A DNA stretch of 64,000 nucleotides from Mobula hypostoma (taxonomy: Eukaryota): assembly GCF_963921235.1 (NCBI RefSeq), contig NC_086101.1, forward strand, positions 14,570,001 to 14,634,000, in the 5' to 3' direction. The notes beneath the pieces are model-generated. The model did not search any database and was not told where the DNA came from. It saw nothing but the letters and a program-made list of their open reading frames with translations. Both the position numbers and the translations under genes were made by a program. The stretch's first letter is position 1; every line of letters begins with the position of its first letter. This document shows, piece by piece, positions 12,059 to 24,743 of this stretch.

Positions 12059-13785
12059 AGAAAAAGAAGTCTTTGCATCAGTCTTCACTGTGGAAAATAC
12101 AAACAGTATGCCAGATGTTGTAGTGTGTGAAGGAAGAGAAGTGGGTGCAGTTACTATGAAAAGGGAGAATGTGCTTAGAAACAGAAAGACCTAAAAGTAC
12201 ATAGGCCACCTGGACCAGATGAACTACACCCTAGGGTTCTGAAAGACATAGCGTTAGAGATTGTAAGGGCACCAACAATGATCTTTCAAAATCATTGGAC
12301 TCTGGCATGGTGCCAGATGACTGGAAAATTGCAAATGTCACTCCACACTTTAAGAAAGGAGGAAGGCAGCAGAAAGGAAATCATAGACCAGTTAGCCTGG
12401 CTTCAGTGGTTGGGAAGATGTTAGAGTCAATTTTTAAGGATGAAATGATGGAGTACTTGGTGACACAGGACAAAATAGGACAAAGTCAGGTCAGTATGGT
12501 TTCCTTGAGGGAAAATCCTGCCTGCCGAAACTTGGAATTCTTTGAGGAGTTTACAAGTACAATAGATAAAGTGGATGCAGTGGATGTTGTATATTTGGAC
12601 TTTCAGAAAACCTTTGACAAGGTCCTACACATGAGGCTGCTTACCAAGTTAAGAGCCCATGGTATTACAGGATAGTTACTAAGATGGTTAGCGCACTGGC
12701 TGATTGGAAGAAGGCAGCGAGTGGGGATAAAAGGACCCTTGTCTGGTTGGCTGCCAGTGACTAGTGGTGTTCTGCAGGGGTCGGTGTTGGGACCACTTCT
12801 TTTTATGCTGTATATAAATGATTTAGATGATGAAATAGATGGCTTTGTTGCCAAATTTGCAGATGATACGAAGATTGCTAGAGGGGCAGGTAGTGTTAAA
12901 GAAACAGGTAGGCTGCAGAACGACTTAGACTGATTAGCAGAATGAGCAAGAAAGTGGCAAAAGAAATATAATGTTGGCAAATGCGTGATCATGCACTTTG
13001 GTAGTAGAAATAAATATGCAGGCAATTTTCTAAATGGGAAGAAAATCCAAAAATCTGAGATGCAAAGGGACTTGTGCAGATCACCCTGGAAGTTAACTTG
13101 CAGGTTGAGTTGGTGGTGAGGATGGCATATACAATGTTGGCATTCATTTCAAGAATTCTAGAATACAAGAGTAGGGATATGGTGCTGAGGTTTTATAAGG
13201 CACTGGAGAGGCCTTATCTTGAATATTCTGTACAGTTTTGGTCTCCTCATCTTAGAAGGGATGCGCTGGCATTAAAGAGGGTCAAAAGGAGGTTTACAAG
13301 GATGATTCCAGCAATGAAAGTGTTATCATACGAGGAAAATGTGATGGCTTTGGGTCTGCGCTCACTGGAATTTAGAAGGATGAGGGGGTGATCTCATTGA
13401 AACCTTTCACATTTTGAAAGGCCTAGACAGTGTAAATGTGGAAAGGATGTTTCCCATGGTGGGAGAGTCTAGGACAAAAGGGCACAGCCTCAGGATAAAG
13501 GGGTGTCTATTCAAAACAGAAGTGGAGAAATTTCTCTAGCCAGGTGGTGATGAATTTGTGGAATTTTTTGCCACGTGCAGCCGTGGAGGCCAGATCGTTG
13601 GTTGTACTTAAGGCAGAGATTGATAGATTCTTGTTTGGACATGGCATCAAAGGTTATGGAGAGAATGCCAGGAAATAAGGTTGAGGAGGAGAAACAAAAT
13701 GATCAGCCATGATTAAATGGAGGAGCAGAATGGATTGGCCAAATAGCCTAATTCTGCTCCTATGTATTATGGTCTTATGGTCTAA
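12059..13785 (+). mobile_element. CR1 LINE, 5'-truncated, degraded RT
   Basis: VPDDWKIANVTP.FKKG, YLDFQK.FDKV, GSVLGPLLF..YINDLD, KFADDTK; TATGGTCT tail. Confidence 0.9.
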
Positions 13786-13852
13786 GTCAGAATAAGAAGG
13801 GGGGAGGGGGCGGAGAAGGGAAAGAGTATAAGCTAGAAGGTGACAGGTGAAA

Positions 13853-15390
13853 CCATAGAAACCATAGAGACTACAGAACAGAAACAGGCCTGTTGGTCCT
13901 TCTTGGCTGTGCCGAACCATTTTCTGCCTAGTCCCACTGACCTGCACATGGACCTTATCCCTCCATACACCTCCCATCCATGTATCTGTCCAATTTATTC
14001 TTAAATGTTACAAAAGAACCCGCATTTACCACCTCGTCTGGCAGCTCATTCCATACTCCCACCACTCTCTGTGTGAAGAAGCCCCCTCTAATGTTCCCTT
14101 TAAACTTTTCCCCCCTCACCCTTAACCCATGTCCTCTGGTTTTTTTCTCCCCTTGCCTCAGTGGAAAAAGCCTGCTTGCATTCACTCTATCTATACCCAT
14201 CATAATTTTATATACCTCTATCAAATCTCCCCTCATTCTTCTACGCTCCAGGGAATAAAGTCCTAACCTATTCAACCTTTCTCTGTAACTGAGTTTCTCA
14301 AGTCCCGGCAACATCCTTGTAAACCTTCTCTGCACTCTTTCAACCTTATTTATATCCTTCCTGTAATTTGGTGACCAAAACTGAACACAATACTCCAGAT
14401 TCGGCCTCACCAATGGCTTATACAACCTCATCATAACATTCCAGCTCTTATACTCAATACTTCGATTAATAAAGGCCAATGTACCAAAAGCTCTCTTTAC
14501 GACCCTATCTACCTGTGACGACACTTTTAGGGAATTTTGTATCTGTATTCCCAGATCCCTCTGTTCCACTGCACTCCTCAGTGCCTTACCATTAACCCTG
14601 TATGTTCTACGTTGGTTTGTCCTACCAACGTGCAATACCTCACACTTGTCAGTATTAAACTCCATCTGCCATTTTTCAGCCCATTTTCCCAGCTGGTCCA
14701 AGTCCCTCTGCAGGCTCTGAAAACCTTCCTTACTGTCTACTACACCTCCAATCTTTGTATCATCAGCAAACTTGCTAATCCAATTTACCACATTATCATC
14801 CAGATCATTGATATAGATGACAAATAACAATGGACCCAGCACTGATCCCTGTGGCACACCATTAGTCACAGGCCTCCACTCAGAGAAGCAATTCTCTACC
14901 ACCACTCTCTGGCTTCTTCCATCGAGCCAATGTCTAATCCAATTTACCACCTCTCCATGTATACCTAGCGAGTGAATTTTCCTAACTAACCTCCCATGCG
15001 GGACCTTGTCAAAGGCCTTACTGAAGTCCACGTAGACAATATCCACTGCCTTCCCTTCATCCACTTTCTTGGTAACCTCCTCGAAAAACTCCAACAGATT
15101 GGTCAAACATGACCCACCACGCACAAAGCCATGTTGACTCTCCCTAATAAGCCCCTGTCTATCCAAATGCTTGTAGATTCTGTCTTTTGGTACTCCCTCC
15201 AATAACTTACCTACTACTGACGTTAAACTCACCGGCCTATAATTTCCCGGATTACTTTTCAATACTTTTTTAAACAATGGAACAACATGAGCCACTCTCC
15301 AATCCTCCGGCACTTCACCCGTAGACAGCGACATTTTAAATATTTCTGCCAGGACCCCCACAATTTCAACACTAGTCTCCTTCAAGGTCC
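13853..15390 (-). mobile_element. CR1 LINE, 5'-truncated, with uninterrupted 476-aa RT ORF (13955-15385)
   Basis: [45 protein letters not shown]; (TTCTATGG)n tail near 13853-13870. Confidence 0.95.
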
Positions 15391-16129
15391 AGCTGAGAGG
15401 GAAGATAGTTGGGTGCAGAATGGAGGATGAAGTGAGAAGTGGGGAGGTGTTAGGTGGTAAAGATAAAGAGCAGAAGAAGGAATTTTATATGAGGGGACAA
15501 AGAACCATGACAGAAAGGGAAGGAGGAGGATAACTCGAGGGAGGTGATGTCTGTAGCTCAAAACCAGAACATTAAACACATTTAAATAACAGTATTATGA
15601 AATACTGATGTTCAAATGAACCTTAGAATTCACAAATGAACACATGGGTTCAAGGGGCATTCAGAGTGGCAAAACTCTATGGAGGACTACATTGTATCTG
15701 TTATTAATCAAGGAATCCTATGCTTTTAAATAACAATGGTGTGAGTCAAGCCGGTTAAGAATCTGCAAGCACTGGCAGGGCTGCCCAAATGCTAAAGTGT
15801 TCCTGGTCCACTGCCCAGAAAATGGAAGGCCAATCTACTTCAGTCAATTACCGCTCCACTGGTCGACTTCCAATTATTAGCAATGTGAATAAATTGCTAT
15901 TTGCAAGCCGCCTCATTTCAAGCAATAAACCTTGTCTGAGTCTTGCTACCTGAGCACAGGAATTTTTGCAGGGCAGCTGAAATGTGAAACTTTTCAATCA
16001 CCCTCACTGTTCTTACATATCAATTAATGATGCAGCTAATAATGGTTGGATATTAAACTTAAGAAGTCCTGAAGAAATCCCCTGATGGTTAGGACTGATG
16101 CACTTCACGCTCTTGAAGTAACATGTCAA

Positions 16130-17640
16130 GATTCAAAATTGTTTGGATCTGATGCAGCACAAAAAACATAATAAGGTAAAGAACACAATAATAAAAACAC
16201 AATAGATATAAATACATAAGATAGCTTATATATATAAATTGAGTGTGTATCCATAAAGTGAAACTCGAAACAGGAGTGTCTGTACATAAGATGACTGATA
16301 GGAAATGATGAAGTAGTAATGGTGGTTGGTGTGGTGGGTTAGGTTAGTTGGTGGAGGTGTTGATCAGCTTTATTGCTTGGGAAAAAGTAATTGGTTATGA
16401 GTCTGGTAGTCCTGGTGTGGATGCTTCATAGTCTCCTCCCTGATGGGAGGGGACAAACAGTCCATGAGTAGATTTGGTAGAGCCCTTCATGGTGTTATTG
16501 GCCTGTTCCCAGCGCCTTTCTGTATATTTCTCTTTAAAGCGAGTAGGCTTATGCTGGTGATGCGTTCGGCAGTTCTGACTACCCGTGGTAGAGCCTTCTT
16601 GTGCCCCGCGGTGTAGTTTACGTCCCATGCAGTGATGAATTATGTTACAATGCTCCCTGCTGTGCATCTGTAAAAGGGTGTTAATATGGATATACATAGT
16701 CCAACTTTCCTCAGCCACCTCAAAAAGTAGAGGCGTCGATGAGCTTTTCTGATTGTGTGGAATGTGGTCTGGGACCATCAGAGTTTGTGTGAGATGTGCA
16801 CTTCCAAGAGTTTGAAACTGCTCGCAGATTCCACTCCTGTGCCGCTTATGTAAAGTGGGGTGTGAGTGGTGCAAGTTCTCCTGAAGTCTATAACCATCTT
16901 CTTCTCCGTGGATTGTCACCTTGTCGTGGTGGAGAAGCTTGTGTGGTCCTGTGATCCCGAGAGCGATGCCGTCTGGAGCTATGCTCCTGGTAGGATCACT
17001 CATGGCGGTAAGGTCGAGGGTGAGGTCCCCGACAAAGAACGATCCAACCAAAACCTCAACGGTGGAACAGGCGGACGAATTTACTTCGAACTCAACCGCT
17101 GTGAAGGCGGATGAAGGCTGCAACAAATCCATCAGCTCCAGTCGTCGTGGTTTCCATGCCATTAGAATCAGTTGGTTGATTTGCGAAGTATCGTGTGCTT
17201 CTTGGAGTACAACATCAAGTACACGTTAAACAAATACACGCCCAGGTGTTTTCACTCTGTGGACCACTTCTTTAGAACGAAGACTATCATCCTCGACCTC
17301 GAGGGATAGCCACGACAATGACGACGATAACCATCTTCTCTGTCTTGTTGACATTGATGAAGAGATTTCATGCCTGGTACCAGCCTCAAGCTCTTCCACC
17401 TCCTCTCTGTAGGCCATCTCATCATTGTTGGTGATGAGCCCCACCACTGTCGTGTCATTGGTGAACTTGACAATGTGATTGCTCAGGTGTTTGTCCGTGC
17501 AGTCATTGTGAGCAGACTGTAATGCAATGGGCTCAGCACACGGCCCTGGGGGCATCCGTGATCTGGATGATGGAGAGGGAAGTGTGGTTAGGGACCCAGG
17601 CTCTCTGAAGTCTGTTGGTTAGGAAGATCAATGCCTAGTG
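16130..17640 (-). mobile_element. Rex1/Babar-type LINE fragment, interrupted at 16903-17326
   Basis: IVKFTNDTTVVGLITNNDEMAYREEVEEL ... VNKTEKMVIDFRR...PLYISG.GVE...SFKLL, read across the insertion. Confidence 0.8.
16903..17326 (+). mobile_element. Short (424 bp) non-autonomous RTE-like retroelement
   Basis: 13-bp TSD ATAACCATCTTCT (16890-16902, 17327-17339); 5' part resembles my recollection of the Expander/RTE 5' UTR (CACCTTGTCGTGGTGGAG...GGTAGGATCACTCATGGC); GAC/GAT-rich tail. Confidence 0.65.
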
Positions 17641-19071
17641 GAACAGTGGTGTATTTAAATGGAAGAAAAGGAATTTGTTCACCAAGGTCCGTGGGCTAAT
17701 AATGTTGGATGCCGAAATGAGTTCCAGAAGCAATATTGTTTTCTAGGTGTGTCAGCAGCAGGTACAAGACGGCTGCCATGGCATCTGTCTTATAGTCGTG
17801 CTATCGGTAAGCATATTGGTGAGTGTCCAACATGGCAGAAATGGGGTCTTTTTGCTTGTAGCATTACACAAATCATGAAGTTTTCATGATGATTGGTGTC
17901 ACTTCCATCAGGCAGTAGTCGTTTAGTTTGGCCCTAGTAATGAAGAAAATTCTCTGTTACCTATATATTTTAAAACATATTTAGGTGTAGAAAATGCATA
18001 CCAGAAGGCCTTCAAGTATGCAAACGCTTGTGTCCATTGTTCGTCAGTCTTTCTTTGTGTGTAGTTTCACTGATTCTTTTGCATTTCTCTGTTCTACTGT
18101 GAATGCCTGCAAGAAAATGATTCTCAGGATACGGCGACATATATGTGTGGTGGTAATAAAGTTATTTTGAACTTTGAACTTTGAAGTCTATTTAACCGGC
18201 CAGGACTTGATTTCCTTGGTTTTTTTTTAGGTTGTCTGAATTACCGTAAATGGAACCGGATATGACTCACTAGACGTCTTATCAGACCCTTGAATATCAT
18301 TCACTAGTCAGTATCATGTGCCGGAGATCAAACGGCGTTGGAATGTAATTCGATGCAACCTTGCAGACAAGCGGTGAATATCCCAATGCAACAGTTCTAG
18401 AATACGGGCAATTGGAATGGAAATATTTATTCCCAGCGTCTCTGTTACTCTGGTGTTCACGTGAGAATCTACTTAGCAGTGAATCTTGTCAATTGTTATG
18501 GTTTGAATTAAGCGCAAAAATATCACGGTAAATACTTAGATTACTTACATAGATTTTCTCAGATAAATCAACAGTTTGTCTTTCGGAATGTTATTTATGT
18601 TATTCGCAGTTGTAACCGAGGCTGCAACCCATCTACTTTGGAGATAATTTCTCAGAATAGAAAGACGTACCTTGAGATCAGAGATGAAGAGGAATTTCTT
18701 TAGCTAGAGGGTGGGGTATCGTGGAATTCATTGCCACAGACTGTTGTGGAGGCCAAGTTATTTGGTATGTTTAAAGCAGAGGTTTATCGTTTCTTGATTA
18801 GTAAGGGGGTTATAGCTTATGGGGAAAGAGCAGAAGAATGGGGCTGAGAGATAAGAAATCAGCCATGATTGAATGGACTCGATGGGCCGATTAGCCTAAA
18901 TCTGCTCCCATGTCTTATCATCTTATAACCAAAAACTCCTTCTTGATAGGAGGTGGTGGGTGCAGGATTGCAATTAGCAGCGTAGTTTATATTAAACTTG
19001 AAGCAAAATTATTGAGCTCTGCTGTTTAAAGTAAATGGTGCATTATTCTTCCTAAATTCCATCACCTACAA

Positions 19072-19103
19072 CCGGAAGGATAGAAAGGTGGCGAAATTGA
19101 AAC
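19072..19103 (+). promoter_or_regulatory. Candidate ETS site and ISRE/IRF element upstream of gene 1
   Basis: CCGGAAG at 19072-19078 and GAAATTGAAAC at 19093-19103, 90-120 bp before the ATG. Motif match only. Confidence 0.35.
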
Positions 19104-19190
19104 GCATCACTCACTTTAATAATTTGAATTGTTGTCTAACAAAGGGTTGAACAATTTCTTCTGCTTTCTTGCGCAGGGGGCCGTTGTACC

Positions 19191-19233
19191 ATGCTGAGGG
19201 AGGAGGTCGTTTGGGCATTGCTGTTCTTGTCTG
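19191..19233 (+). CDS. Gene 1 leader exon (signal peptide)
   Basis: ACC-ATG context; MLREEVVWALLFLS+G; phase-1 donor GTAGGT at 19234; 43 nt. Confidence 0.8.
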
Positions 19234-19275
19234 GTAGGTAATATACAGACACATACGGCCACACGTAGACACACA

Positions 19276-19317
<42 letters not shown>

Positions 19318-22300
19318 GAGGAAATTGGAAAAGGAATGGATTATTAAGTGATGCCATTGGATCAATTCTGACTAGCGATCTAAATTCAGATAGATAGCCT
19401 CTCCGCGCATCTTTCTACTCCTTTTAGTGGTTATCTGTCCATTACATACAAAAGTCAACATTTTGCAACGGAATAAGTCGGCATGGATCTAGTAATCTGA
19501 GATGAAAGAGGGAACGCAGACATTGGCTTCTTTCTGTGTGGTAAAGAAAATATATGCAGCTAGCAACCCTTCGGGCCCTGTACAATACGCTGTGCCAACA
19601 GCAATTACCCGTGTCGTTCTGTGTTGAAAATCGCTGTGCATCCAACGTTTGCACAAAGTCTCCTCGAGTTACTTGGCATTCCTACCGGAATGTACTAATG
19701 ACGAGAAAATCGCACATCCTGACTCATCCAGTTCCGTTCGCAAGCGACAGCACTGGAGTCAGTTCAGTCAATTAATTGGAGAAAAATCTCTCGCTGTGAT
19801 CAAGGTCTTTCATGAGCAACTGCTTGAACTCTATTTACATAAACTTATTGCCACATATCTTTCCCTGCAGTTTGAAATCCTGGCCGAATGCGTTGATTAG
19901 AAAGGATGCACTTAGAAAGAAGCCTGTTCAGAGCCGCTAGTTCCATTCTCCCACTTCACCTGTTCTTCTACACAAGCCCCCCCAGCTCTCTCTGAAACTA
20001 TTGCTGTCCGACTAAACTAAGATTAATTTATAGTGAATAGTTAGCCCTCTGGAACGCCTTTGGGATGTGGGAAGAAGTCGGCACGGCTACAGGGAGAACG
20101 TACGAACTTCGCACGGACGGTCACGATCGAACCCGCAAATCGAACCCGCGTCGCTGTTCGCTGTGTGAGGCAATAGCTCTCTTAAATGCGTCTCTGTCGC
20201 CTTTTGGCACCGATGACTCAATAGTCAATAAATATCTCGGTTTAAGAAGGAGAAATATGAGTTAATCATGACAAAAATTCAATCCAGCGGCTGCGAAACA
20301 ATGGAGAGCGCCGAATCAGTCAGTCAAAGTAGAGGCATTATCACAGAGCCTTACCGCTCCTTCTGCGGACAGACCCGATCAGAACAAATGATGGAACATC
20401 CGCAGAATTTTTTTTTCATTCTAAAACAAAATCAATCTGGCCATTTTCCTTACATAATCAAGAGAACATCTGAATTTACTGCACCGAAAAACAGGATTAA
20501 CGCGGAGGAGTAACGACTGGTCGGCTTGGACATGAGAAACCGAGGGCCATGTGGCTCTCTGATTATGACGAAGGCGACTACTCAATCTTTCTTGCGCATT
20601 AGGCCACGAAAAGAGCCATTTCTCCAACCTCTCGCTGTCCCTATCCTAGTCGCTAATATAGAAACCTTCACAAAGCTGTGGCTGTCTGTCTCTTCAACGT
20701 TTTTTTTAGGCAGTAAGTTCCAAGCACCTACACGATTGGGTTGAAAAATTAATTCTCGAGCGGTTAATGTCTTGCAGTGTTGGCTTCTTTGCCAATGGAA
20801 GTAGGTCGTGAATCTCAATTAACCTTTCACATACGGGCATCCGCTCGATCCACTTTCACCGTCCCTCTGAGCGTAAATCCACGCTCCCATCCAGAGATGA
20901 AAGCCGAATTAAAGATAAAGGGCATTGGATTCACTCAGCACGTTTGTAGCCAAACATAGAGCATAGAACATAGAACAGCAGAGCACAGGAATAGGCCACT
21001 CGACCCACAATGTTGCTCCGGGCCGGCTGAAAAACAAATCAAACACTCATCCCTCGTACCTACACTATACCTATTTCCATCCATGTGCCTATTCAAATAT
21101 CTCTCAAAAGCAGTTAATGTATTTGCCTCTACCATCCCACCAGACAGCGCATACCAGGCATCCACAGCTCTCTGAATAAAAACTTGCCCTTCACATCCTT
21201 TTCAACCTCCCCCCTCTCGCCTTCAATGTATGCTCTCTGGTATTAGACATTCAACCCTGGGAAACTAAAGGGATAGATAGGTTTATTGGCTGTTGTTCGT
21301 TTCTCTTCTATAGAAGATGGTCAAGCCATTCGTCGTCGGCATGCACTTTCCTTTTTACCGACCCTGTATCCGACTGACGACTGCCGCGCGAGTCAACCGG
21401 GCCTCTCCCCACCTCCTATCCAAAGCATATACCAGAAGCCTGCTCTCACAGAACCCCCAGCTGTGTCCAGGGCTCTCCCATCCGTCACACACTCTCTTTG
21501 ACTGCCTACTGTCAGGCAGAAGGTACTAGGGTATAAGTACAAGGACTGTCAGGCCTGGTGATCACTCCCCCCACCCCGCCGGCTGGGAGACTTCTGAACA
21601 CTCTGCTACCACCCAGCACACATTATCTATGAAAGCGCCAGGAACATTCTACTGTTGTATATTAGTGGTATGTCGTATATCCACGTTATGTCGAGATAAT
21701 ATTTTATTATCTGTTAATGCTATTGTGTTAATATCATCTAATATTAACATTGTATGTGATATACGTACTGTGTTTCGCACCATTCTCCCAGAGGAACGTT
21801 GTTTCATTTAGCTGTATACGTGTGTACAGTTGAATGACAATAAACTTGAACTTGAAATTGAAGTTAGGAAGCAGGGTAGAACTTCAAGCAGCCCACACGA
21901 AATGCTGGAGGAACTCAGCAGTCCAAGCAGCACTCTTGACTCCAGACTCTACACTTTCCTATAGATGCTGCCTTGCCTGCTGAGTTCCTCCAGCATTTTG
22001 TGTGTGTTGTTTGGATTCCAGCACCTGCAGTTTTTTTTTCCTGTTTGAGGGTAGAACTTCAAGCAGTTTATAGCAAAATATGCAATCATCAAATTGTGGC
22101 AGTGTCATTAAGGAGACTGTTTATTGTTACAGGAGTTGCTGGAGTCAGAGTAACAATCACACAAACGCCCCCGCGGGTCACTGTTACCGAAGGTGGATCG
22201 GTACAACTGAACTGTTCTTTCTGGTGGAACTTGGGGCAAGAAGAAAATAAACCACTTTATTCCATCGATTGGTACAAAGACGAGGAAAGTGCTTTACTTT

Positions 22301-24705
22301 GCAACAAAACCGCAGCATACAATGGCCGCCTTCTGAAAAGTTATACTGAGGGCTTTCTGTCGGAACGGGCGTCCATAACCATCCTTGATCTGAAACTAAA
22401 TGAAACCGGGAAATACTACTGCAAAATTCAGACTTTGAACGCTGAAACTGCTACTGGAACCGGGACAGAAATCACAGTGAAACGTAAGTCAGCATTACCT
22501 AACCTACCGGGCCAATCTTCCCCGCGCCCACCCCCCCCCCAGTTTCCCTTAAATTAAAACAAAAAACTCTAGAGGATTGACGGATGGGGTAGCTTTATGA
22601 TTCAATGGGAATTTACACCTTTTGCTGATGTGCAAAGCAATACCATAATTTGATAAAGAACAGACCATGGGCACGGTAAAAAAGAAAGTCTCAAAGTCTC
22701 TCGAAAGTCCCAACATCTCACGCAAGAAAAAAACTCTCCCTGCCGTGAACCTCCAGCGCCGCAAACTTGCCGATGCAGCACCCGACCACAGCCGACTCTT
22801 GAGTCCCGTCCGAAAACTTCGAGCCTCCGTCCAGCCTTCCGACACCGAGCACCATCTCTGTCGAGTGCTTCGACCCCGGCCCCGGCAACAGGCAATAGGC
22901 AAAGCCGAGGATTTGGGGCCTTCCCCTCCGGAGATTGTCGATCGCATAGTAGCAGCGGCAGTGAAGCAGGCATTTCAGAAGTTTCTCCAGATGTTCCTCC
23001 GTGCCTCTCACGTCTGTCTCCATCAAATCAGGATTGTGCAAGGCCCCCACTTAATAAATGCGATATCATTTCGGAGCGGCCGCGCGCGCTGCGTCGCGCC
23101 GCTATCTTCTCCTCTCCTCAAAACTTAAAATAATAATTACAGGCAAATGTAGCCTGACAGTAGCAGGCAGAATTTTAACCCGGGACTACGCCAAGTCCCA
23201 GACTGTGACACCCATCACGTTGCGGGATTTCATTTTCCACTACAGATAAGCGAGAAGAGATAACGTGGACGAGGCATAAAACGGACCCCTTCCGATCGTT
23301 TCCCCATATGTCACCGTCTACTACCTTGAGATTACTTTCTTGCAGGTATTCACTGTAAAACAAAGAATTACAATAGATTCAATGAAAAATCTACACGCAA
23401 AGTCTGACAAACAACCAATATGCAAAGGAAGAAAAACTATGCAAATACAACAACAACAACAACAATAAACAGCGTTACAGTAAATAAATAGCTAGGTAAA
23501 TATACGAACAAATAAGTAAACGGATGGACAGATAGACAAATAAAAATTGACAACATGAATAGAAGATTCCTTGTAAGTGAGTCCATAGGCTCTGAAATCA
23601 GTTCTCTGTTGATGTGAGTTCAGTTATCCACGCTGTTTCAGGAGCCCCATGATTGAGGGGTAATAACTGTTCCAGAACCTGCTAGCGTAGGAGCTAAGGC
23701 TCCTGTACCTCCTTCCCGATCGGAACAATGAGAAGAGAGCATGGTCTGGATAGTGGGGTCCTCGATGAAGGATCCTGATTTCTTGTGACAGCGCGGCTTG
23801 TAGATAAGTTCAATGTTGCGGAGGTCTTTTCCTGTGATGGATTGGGACATAGACTGCAGAGGATATCTCTTGCTAGAAAAACGTGACTCTCGTTGTAGCA
23901 GTCAATTCGATATGAGATGTGCATCTGAGGGGAATTTGGGGTCAAATGCGGGACGACATTGGGTACTGGTACAACGGTGTACTTATCCAGATAGGTGTAC
24001 TTACCCAGATTTGTAACAATGAATCACAAACTATTAGCAGTCTCTTCAGAGATTTAAGACCACATTGTGGAGAGTGAGCTTGATGAACTCGAGGTCTTGC
24101 CAGGCACTGATGATCAAAGAGCAAAGGACACAGTGACATTTGTAATCTAAAAATGAACTTACATTTACCGAGAAAACACTTCATCCTCTGTAGTGTAGCT
24201 ACTCACCATCTTGATCCTATGTGGTATGGCGACTGTTGCCAGATAACAATCAGAGCTGTAGAAGTAAACAACACATAAAGGGCAATATTTAAAAATAAAC
24301 ACTTGATGTTCCGTCCACCTTCTCGCCATTTCGAGGCTGCACTGAACCAACTAATTAGGTCTCTACAAACCATCCGAAGAAAGTATTTTTAGCAGTAAAA
24401 CATGAACTAATGTCTCTCCGTAGAGCATGAGGACTCCATACAGAAGAATGTCTATCTTCCTGAGCTTTTCGCCTTACCTGCTGTAGTCCTCACGTTGGCG
24501 CTTGTTGTGGTCATTTATATCCTGCGCCGCTGTCGATCTCCAGGTACCTGTTTGAAATCCAACTTCTTTGGTATGGGGAATTGGTTCACGGGATGTGATA
24601 TCCCTGAATCTGTTATTATCCACCTCTAATGTCCTGAGAAACGGTGGTGATTAAGAATCAGAATAAAACGCAGAATCAGGTATTATATCACTGGCATATT
24701 TTCTT

Positions 24706-24743
<38 letters not shown>

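Noticed and set aside
19111-19365. Minus-strand ORFs and an apparent exon with a GTGAGT donor
   Set aside because: Antisense to the gene 1 leader exon; the poly-CV peptides come from the (AC)n repeat.
22473-22511. CACAGTG heptamer at the end of the gene 1 V exon, suggesting a recombination signal sequence
   Set aside because: It lies inside the coding J-like strand (ITVK), and there is no nonamer at 12 or 23 nt spacing; the V is germline-joined.
21973-22557. 194-aa ORF as a stand-alone intronless Ig gene
   Set aside because: Starts at TTG in a repeat and runs through both splice sites; only 22133-22483 is the exon.
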